Of a stretch of DNA of 5,405 bases, positions 1 through 5,405 are shown one piece after another. The position numbers and the translations under genes are program-made. Below the pieces are notes generated by a model that was given only the letters and a program-made list of their open reading frames with translations, had not been told where the DNA came from and made no database searches. Position 1 is the stretch's first letter, and each line of letters begins with the position of its first letter. The stretch comes from Octopus sinensis (taxonomy: Eukaryota), in assembly GCF_006345805.1 (NCBI RefSeq), contig NW_021830037.1, forward strand, positions 1 to 5,405, in the 5' to 3' direction.

Positions 1-166
1 TCTGTCCTCCACCTCGGGATCTTTCTTTCTCCTATGTTTCCGACGAAGAGCTCCGATCGAAACGTCATACTCTCCTTCTTCCCTTCTTTCCTGAGCGCCC
101 AATAATACTTTATTTGTTCCACATCCTCGCGTTGTTGTCTTTTTGTTTTCTTGTTTGGATTAACTT
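1..166 (+). mobile_element. Probable interspersed-repeat end, possibly the terminus/pseudo-LTR of a Penelope-like element (truncated by window start)
   Basis: Contains TTTCCGACGAAGAGCTCCGATCGAAACGTC, resembling the CTGAnGA...CGAAACGT motif typical of Penelope-like element ends. Ends abruptly at a (TA)n tract. I recall similar sequence as an octopus repeat, unverified. No RT or GIY-YIG coding sequence is visible. Confidence 0.4.
36..70 (+). ncRNA. Degenerate minimal type-I hammerhead-ribozyme-like motif (this copy predicted inactive)
   Basis: GTTT(36-39), core CCGACGA(40-46; CUGANGA with U>C), extra A47, stem II GAGC-TCC-GATC (48-58, one mismatch), GAAA(59-62), palindromic ACGT(62-65), GTC triplet (64-66), ATAC(67-70) pairing 3 of 4 with 36-39. 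Confidence 0.3.

Positions 167-202
<36 letters not shown>
167..202. repeat. (TA)n microsatellite
   Basis: Direct reading; one CA interruption at 183-184. Confidence 0.98.
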
Positions 203-713
203 AACATTATTAATGTCACATATTTAATCTGTGTGTATTGTTAAATGCTTTTAGGCTGCAATAGTTTATCCGGGGAAGGTTCCCCTAAAGACGTAGAATG
301 CTAAAAAGACTCAGAGAACTTCAAGGCCAGGCGAAATGAAGGACATCCTACCCCCCCTCCCCAGCCCCGGAACTGAAAAAGAACGACAGGTATTTCTGTT
401 AATTGCTGTCATACGTTCGATTCACCTTCGAAACGAATCCTAATCGCTGGCCGTGTCTCTGAGTGAATGCTGATCGAAAGCTTACACATCTATCCATATG
501 CTTCTGTTCCTGTCTAACCATATAATCATCTTCGCTCGCCCACACATCCGCAGAATCCGCCCTCCCACCCATCCACGTATCAGCCCAGTCACTAATCTTA
601 TTAAATGGAACTGGTCTTCATCAACAGATTAATAGCATTAATTCCTCGCTTTTCATTTTCTTACGCTTAATATGACTCGCTTAATGCAATTCTTGACGAT
701 ATCAACATGTCTA

Positions 714-763
714 CTCGCATTTTCTCGTTTTATCTCGTATTTTCCTGTTGCATTTCGCCCATA
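714..763 (+). repeat. Degenerate 10-bp tandem repeat, 5 units
   Basis: CTCGCATTTT / CTCGTTTTAT / CTCGTATTTT / CCTGTTGCAT / TTCGCCCATA; CG at 716, 726, 736 and 756, TG at 746. Confidence 0.5.
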
Positions 764-1012
764 ATGTTTTGTTTTTCTGTTGTTGTTTTTTTATAATTCT
801 GTTCGTTTATTTATTCCAGAATTTCTCAATTGTTGTCCATCCAAACATAAACAAGATTCAAAAGAACAAGGTAAAGAGATGTAACCAAATGCAGTGATGT
901 ATCTTCTCGAAGGTCCTAACACTTTTCCCGTACTAGAAAGCCTATTCACGGTGACCCGTTTTGCAAGAAATAGTAGTCATATCTCTGCCACCCAAGGCTA
1001 CCGGAACTATGT

Positions 1013-1167
1013 GGTTGACCACCTTCGGTCATGAATGACCATGGGATTGCACTTAGAAAGTTACCCTCCGAGGCACAAGTCAAGGCAAGGATGTTTATGG
1101 AAGACCAGGAGTCACCCCTGCATACCAGCCTCCCCTCTCCATGCCACCGATGTTATCCAAGGGAAAG
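1013..1167 (-). mobile_element. Probable internal/3' fragment of an octopus-type SINE (no tRNA head present)
   Basis: GC-richer island (GGTCATGAATGACCATGGGATTGCAC...CCAGCCTCCCCTCTCCATGCCACCGATGTTATCCAAGGGAAAG) that matches my recollection of a common octopus repeat. There is no second copy in the window, so identity and strand are unverified. Confidence 0.45.
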
Positions 1168-2177
1168 TCTTTAAAATATTTGCATATGTAGGATAAACTA
1201 ATAGTCGAAATATTATACGGAAAAAGAGAGAATGGTCAAGATTTGAAAGCCGAATCAACGATACTCTTTTGACACACAGAAATGTATTTACCCAGACGTG
1301 CGAACGCCGTTAGAAGACGATAGAAATTAGGAAACTGGCTTGAAATGGGCTCTAGAACACCTACACATAAAACTGTTTTGCTCTGCTTTACATGTAATTA
1401 CTAATTATGTAACGGCTTTCATTAGGTTTTGCATATCCATGTTGACCCTACTCAGGTTTTAATTCCATCGGCGTTTACAGCTTGCTAGTACAACTTGATG
1501 TTGATTCAAGGTTAGATATGAACGCCCATATCCTTCGCTGCTACCATTCTGTTCTTCCATCCTATATATTTCAGTATGAACCCGTGGAAAGATGTGAGGC
1601 ACATCAGCTGGTTCTGTCACCTTGTCTTCGACTTCAAAGGACCAGGAATATAAGCCCACCTACTCTTCGAGAGTGAAACCACAATATTCCATGCATTCAC
1701 CAAGCTTGCTTTCACCTGCACATCTAAGGTACATTGCAAATTCCTCAGCTTTTTATTTTGGCAGAGATATATCATTTAACTCTTTAACCTTTCTATGAAA
1801 TCATCAGGTAAGAAGACGAAACATTTCGTGGTATACCTTTCCCATATTCTTTGTGTCAGACTTTCCGAGAATTTCTTTTTTTTTTACTTTTCTTATAGAA
1901 AACATTAACGAAACGAAAGTTGTGCTGTCTTTGATGTAGTCTTTGCCTTTGGTTGTCGCTTGTAAAACACTAAATTTTTTTCCCACATGATACAAATTTC
2001 CATATTTACTTCTAAAAGTATTAGCATTTTCTTTATTACTATTCGTCAAAATCATAATTTTATTTTCGAAATCTTGGAGAACATATACAGAATCCTTAAA
2101 GGCACTGCACGCCAAACAAAGAAGCCGTATTGCAACGCATATAAGCGAATAATTACAAAATGTCTAATACGTAAACA

Positions 2178-2192
2178 CCCCCCCCCCCCCCC
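2178..2192. repeat. C15 homopolymer (G15 on minus strand)
   Basis: Direct reading. Confidence 0.95.
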
Positions 2193-2345
2193 AACAATCC
2201 TTATTTTTTCTACCCAAAGACTAACAGCGTAGACGTTAAAATATTCTTCTGCTTAATAATCAAACTAAAAGAATTCTTCATCAAATGGACTTGACAGGGA
2301 ACTAATTCTTCCGAGAGCTGTGTTGGTGATGTCACGTGGCCAAAA

Positions 2346-2464
2346 AAGGCTGGCTCTTTGGATTACAAGTATAACTCATATTTGAACGGACTCTCCAGGA
2401 ATCGAAGTCACGACCTTATGACGGTGAGCCGAATGCTCTAACCACTAAGCCACGCTCCTTCGCC
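2346..2464 (-). mobile_element. 3'-truncated tRNA-derived SINE head (family B), duplicate of 3503-3624
   Basis: Minus strand reads GGCGAAGGAGCG-TGGCTTAGTGG (A box)...GACTTCGATTCC (B-box-like). It stops at 2346, whereas the other copy continues. Confidence 0.8.
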
Positions 2465-2564
2465 CAATGAAAAACAGAAATGTGGCAGTAATATGTTACA
2501 AAAGAAGGCTCCTCTTTCCTTGAAAATTTTATCCATTAACAGACGTAAGAAAGCAAGCCGAATT
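2346..2564 (-). repeat. Left arm of a long inverted duplication (partner 3403-3624)
   Basis: Manual alignment of the reverse complement to 3403-3624: 5 transitions and one 3-bp indel over ~220 bp. Confidence 0.97.
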
Positions 2565-2683
2565 TTATTGATGACACCAATAAAAATAGTAATAATAATA
2601 ATCAGAAATATTAAATTTCTAAATATCTCATAGAGATATGTACGGTGGTGAAGCGATAGAGTGGTTGTATACTGTCAACTTAA

Positions 2684-2878
2684 CGTGACAGTCCCGTAAG
2701 GGAATTACAGCACCGCTGTTAGCCCTAGGAAGCATCGACGCTTCCTGTCGGCCTTGACACATTTCCTGTGTCCTTATATATTTACGAGGACACAGGAAAT
2801 GTGTCAAGGCCGACAGGAAGCGTCGATGCTTCCTAGGGCTAAACAGCGGTGGTGTAATTCCCTTACAGGACTGTCACG
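2684..2878. mobile_element. 195-bp palindromic MITE-like element flanked by TTAA
   Basis: Arms 2680-2774 and 2787-2882 are reverse complements with 2 substitutions and a 1-bp indel; 12-nt spacer. Symmetry ends exactly at TTAA (2680-2683, 2879-2882), consistent with a TTAA target-site duplication. No coding capacity. The palindrome is certain; the transposon identity is inferred. Confidence 0.75.
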
Positions 2879-2949
2879 TTAAATAATAATAATCCTTTAC
2901 CTTATATGCGCAAGGTCATATTCCATTACTGGAATATAAATCATGAAAT

Positions 2950-3019
2950 TTAATGATTTATATTAATGATTTATATTAACTCTCAGGGAAAGAGTTAATA
3001 TATTAACGAGAGTTAATAT
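2950..3019. repeat. 13-bp tandem duplication followed by two overlapping perfect hairpins
   Basis: TTAATGATTTATA x2 (2950-2975). TATATTAACTCT(2972-2983)/AGAGTTAATATA(2991-3002) is a 12-bp stem. ATATTAAC(3000-3007)-GAGA-GTTAATAT(3012-3019) is an 8-bp stem. Confidence 0.9.
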
Positions 3020-3360
3020 TGCGTTTCCATCGTTAAATAACTATCACACAACTACTCAGGAAATCATCAAGTGATGCTGGTTGGCATACCTATAGCACTT
3101 GAATTTTGTGCGCTGCACAGTCGGCCTTATCATTTTTTTTCTCTTTCCAATCATTCTGTTGAATACAACTCCGGGTAAATTTTGGCACTGGTGTTATCAA
3201 GAATTGCATGTTTCTATGGATCACAAAGCGATTTGTGTCAGCTCGGCGCTTGTGTTTGTAATGAGACAGAAGGATGACGAAGCGCCAACGAAAGATTCGC
3301 CACTATCTCCCTTGCTCAAGTTCCATCAGCCTATCTGGTGCAGTACCAGCGTATGGACAG

Positions 3361-3394
3361 GTGTGTGTGTGTGTGTATGTGTGTGTGTGTGTGT
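3361..3394. repeat. (GT)n microsatellite
   Basis: Direct reading; one AT interruption. Confidence 0.98.
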
Positions 3395-3402
3395 GGTACA
3401 CC

Positions 3403-3624
3403 AATTCGGCTTGCTTTCTTACGTCTGTTAATGGATAAAATTTTCAAGGAAAGAGGAGCCTTCTTTTGTAACATACTACTGCCACATTTCTGTTTTTCAT
3501 TGGGCGAAGAAGCGTGGCTTAGTGGTTAGAGCATTCGGCTCACCGTCATAAGGTCGTGACTTCGGTTCCTGGAGAGTCCATCATTCAAATACGAGTTATA
3601 CTTGTAATCCAAAGAGCCAGCCTT
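3403..3624 (+). repeat. Right arm of the long inverted duplication (partner 2346-2564)
   Basis: See left arm; ~100 bp of non-SINE flank plus the SINE head. Confidence 0.97.
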
Positions 3625-3770
3625 GTCACATTTTATGTCAAGCTGAACATCCCCGAGAGCTTCGTTTAGGGCTCACGTGTTTGTGGAGTGTTCAACCACA
3701 TGCACATGAATTTTACGAGCAGGTTATTCCGTTGATTGGGTCAGCTGGAATTCACGCCATTGTAACTGAA
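3503..3770 (+). mobile_element. tRNA-derived SINE, family B (3' end approximate)
   Basis: A box TGGCTTAGTGG (3515-3525) and B-box-like GACTTCGGTTCC (3558-3569), followed by a GC-richer body to ~3770 resembling a recalled octopus SINE. Confidence 0.75.
3515..3569 (+). promoter_or_regulatory. Internal Pol III (type 2) promoter of the SINE: intact A box, degenerate B box
   Basis: TGGCTTAGTGG fits TRGCNNARYGG. GACTTCGGTTCC deviates from GGTTCGANTCC; the duplicate copy has TTCGATTCC. Confidence 0.6.
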
Positions 3771-4056
3771 ATGGTTGTAAAATATTTCTTTTGAAATATT
3801 AGCAAAAGCGAAGTTATTTATAGGTTTGCTTAAGTTGTGCAAAGTTGCATTTTCAGATCGTAAACTGTGACTGATTTTAAATGCATCTGTTTCATTGCCA
3901 TTTTGTTTCTCATTTTTATGGTTTAGAGAATTATTTCGTCTTTTAAGTGGACGTAGCTCTTCTCTTTGGTGTAGTAGCTCTTCCTGTTCCTTCACTACGA
4001 GAAGCTTTATTGAAATTACTGTACATGCAATAAAAAGAAAATTGCAAATAATATAT

Positions 4057-4187
4057 AGGCACAGGGGTGACTGTGTTTAAATCTCGACCACAGAGGTTTG
4101 AGATCAGTCCTACTATGCGGCACCCTGGGGCAAGTGTCTTCTACTCGGGCTGACCAAAACCTTGTGAGTGGACTTGATGGACAGAAA
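4057..4187 (+). mobile_element. SINE family A, copy 1 (diverged 5' half)
   Basis: AGGCACAGGGGTGACTGTGT...GCGGCACCCTGGGGCAAGTGTCTTCTAC...GACCAAAACCTTGTGAGTGGA aligns to the reverse complement of 4540-4685. Confidence 0.8.
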
Positions 4188-4190
4188 TTT

Positions 4191-4230
4191 ATATATTTAT
4201 ATATACACTGCCGTGTATATATAAATATAT
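4191..4230. repeat. Perfect 18-bp hairpin with 4-nt loop
   Basis: ATATATTTATATATACAC-TGCC-GTGTATATATAAATATAT. Confidence 0.95.
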
Positions 4231-4231
4231 T

Positions 4232-4309
4232 AGGAGCAGAGGTGTCTGTGTGGTAAGTAGCTTGCTTACCAACCACATGGTTCTGGGTTCGGCCCGACTG
4301 CGTGGCACC
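4232..4309 (+). mobile_element. SINE family A, copy 2 (tRNA-like head only)
   Basis: AGGAGCAGAGGTGTCTGTGTGGTAAGTAGCTTGCTTACCAACCACATGGTTCTGGGTTCGGCCCGACTGCGTGGCACC aligns to the reverse complement of 4608-4685. Confidence 0.85.
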
Positions 4310-4476
4310 AAATCTATCCCAGAACTTATTCTTTGTAAGCCTAGTTAGTACTTATTCTATCGGTCTCTTATGCCGAACCGCTAAGTTAAGGGGACGTAAG
4401 CACACCATAATCGGTTGTCAAGCGATGGTGGGGGAACAAACACAGACATACAACAATACACACACACACACACACA

Positions 4477-4519
<43 letters not shown>

Positions 4520-4685
4520 TACGACGGGCTTCTTTCAGTTTCCGTCTACCACATCCAGTCACAAGGCTTTGGTCGGCCTGAGGCTATAGTAGAAGACACT
4601 TGCCCAAGGTGCCACGCAGTAGGACTGAATCCGGAATCATGTGGTTGGTAAGCAAGCTACCTACCACATAGCCACTCTTGCGCCT
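4310..4685 (-). mobile_element. SINE family A, copy 3 (longest; internal microsatellite; 3' end missing)
   Basis: Minus strand: A box TGGCTATGTGG (4674-4664), B-box-like GGATTCAGTCC (4632-4622), body, internal (TA)n/(TG)n, then a 3' body whose distal part (4310-4345) is homologous to 4895-4933 of copy 4. Resembles a recalled octopus SINE. Confidence 0.88.
4458..4520. repeat. Compound (CA)n(TA)n microsatellite inside SINE copy 3
   Basis: Direct reading. Confidence 0.95.
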
Positions 4686-4720
4686 ATATATATATATATA
4701 TATAATGTGCGTGTGTGTGT
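4685..4720. repeat. (TA)n followed by short (GT)n between head-to-head SINE copies 3 and 4
   Basis: Direct reading. Confidence 0.9.
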
Positions 4721-5007
4721 AGTAACAACCTTGTTTCCCAACCACATGGTTCCGGGTTCCGGGTTCCGTCTCACAGCGTGGCACCTTGGGCAAATGTCTT
4801 TTACTATAGCCTTGAGCCGACCAAAATCCCTTGAGTGGATCCGGTTGTCGGAAACTGAAAGAAGCCTGTCTGATACTCACACACACACTCTTCTACTAGA
4901 CTTCAAAAAAAAAACAAGTCTTAGGGTCAATTTGTTCCACTAAAACCTTATCAAAGCGGTGCTCCAGCGTGGTCGCGGTCAAAATGACTGAAACAAGTAA
5001 ATGAATA
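4715..5007 (+). mobile_element. SINE family A, copy 4 (5' clipped, internal deletion, probable 3' end)
   Basis: CCAACCACATGGTTCCGGG (7-bp TTCCGGG duplication)...GTGGCACCTTGGGCAAATGTCTT...GGAAACTGAAAGAAGCC, short (CA)n, then ACTAG...GCGGTGCTCCAGCGTGGTCGCGGTCAAAATGACTGAAACAAGTAA. The last segment as family 3' end is from recollection. Confidence 0.82.
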
Positions 5008-5010
5008 TGT

Positions 5011-5178
5011 ATACGATGGGCTTCTTTCAGTTTCCGTCTACCAAATCCACTCACGAGGCTTTGGTCGGCCCAAGGCCACTAAATGATACACCACTAAAAG
5101 AGGTGCCAGATGCGGAACTGAGCCCAAGACCACGTGGCTATGGAGCGAGCTTCTCACCTCACAGTCACGCCTGCGCCT
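5011..5178 (-). mobile_element. SINE family A, copy 5 (5' half, diverged head)
   Basis: ATACGATGGGCTTCTTTCAGTTTCCGTCTACCAAATCCACTCACGAGGCTTTGGTCGGCC is nearly identical to 4518-4578; ends CCTGCGCCT, compare CTTGCGCCT at the start of copy 3. Confidence 0.85.
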
Positions 5179-5185
5179 ACCTACA

Positions 5186-5403
5186 TTTTATTTTTCCTCG
5201 TAACCCCTCCCTCTTTCTTAGTTTATATCTCTCACTTCACCCCTTTCCTTCTCGCTAATCATTTCCTCCCCCTCTCTTTATCCCTCTAATATTCACTCTC
5301 TCCCTTCCTCTTACAAGAACTTTGCTTTCTTTTTTACTCCTTTCACTCTTATTTGCAAACTTTATCTCATACCCTCACCTCTCTCTCTCTCTCTCTCTCT
5401 CTC
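5186..5403 (+). repeat. Pyrimidine-rich low-complexity tract ending in (CT)n (5379-5403)
   Basis: Only 6 G in ~218 nt on the + strand; terminal CT dinucleotide run. Confidence 0.9.
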
Positions 5404-5405
5404 GC

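Noticed and set aside
272-368. GGGGAA-GG-TTCCCC palindrome (272-285, NF-kB-like) and C-rich run 351-368 (minus-strand G-quadruplex candidate)
   Set aside because: Isolated short motifs; the spacing does not match a canonical kB site, and there is no supporting context.
1178-1436. Octamer ATTTGCAT (1178-1185) and TAATTA cluster (1395-1408) as an enhancer
   Set aside because: Such motifs are expected by chance in AT-rich DNA; conservation or chromatin data would be needed.
1459-1730. ORFs at 1459-1659 (-) and 1482-1676 (+), a possible + strand exon ending CTAAG|GTAC, and a KDMGVHI peptide on the minus strand reminiscent of the LINE RT KDLGV motif
   Set aside because: Non-ATG starts, in-frame stops nearby, poor splice contexts and no recognisable domain. 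The LINE-like match is 7 residues without convincing flanking similarity. TBLASTX against repeat proteins would settle it.
1785-1815. Minus-strand CTGATGA...GAAA hammerhead-like core
   Set aside because: The intervening TTTCATA cannot form stem II, and no stem III or cleavage triplet fits.
1804-2232. 103-aa (-) and 81-aa (+) ORFs
   Set aside because: K/N/I/F-rich translations expected from AT-rich DNA, running through T and C homopolymers; no recognisable motif.
3503-3575. tRNA gene (also 2392-2464 and the family A heads)
   Set aside because: A and B boxes are present, but there is no complete cloverleaf or acceptor stem, and the sequence continues into repeat body. These are SINE heads.
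4057-5178. CRISPR-like or regularly spaced repeat array
   Set aside because: Repeats are long, diverged, in both orientations and irregularly spaced; eukaryotic context and no cas genes.
3099-5258. Remaining listed ORFs (3099-3431, 3338-3529, 3741-3995, 3895-4080, 4016-4276, 4302-4589, 4415-4651, 4584-4886, 4641-4943, 5001-5258)
   Set aside because: Most read through SINEs and microsatellites (VCVC, THTH and YIYI runs); the rest show no recognisable homology.

Overview
AT-rich eukaryotic non-coding DNA (intron or intergenic). I find no supportable protein-coding gene, true tRNA/rRNA gene or CRISPR array; the listed ORFs sit mostly on SINEs and microsatellites. From memory, not a database search, the tRNA-headed SINEs look like the abundant octopus families, so the source is probably an octopod cephalopod. 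The window holds five pieces of one SINE family (4057-5178, orientations + + - + -), a second SINE family (3503-~3770), a probable third-family fragment (1013-1167), several microsatellites and a 3' polypyrimidine tract. The unusual part is nested fold-back structure at 2346-3624. A ~220-bp, ~97%-identical inverted duplication copies a SINE head plus ~100 bp of its upstream flank. Its spacer is bracketed by an 8-bp direct repeat (ACACCAAT) and contains a 195-bp near-perfect palindrome flanked by TTAA (MITE-like) and a run of small perfect hairpins. At 36-70 there is a decayed minimal hammerhead-ribozyme-like motif in what may be a Penelope-like element end.
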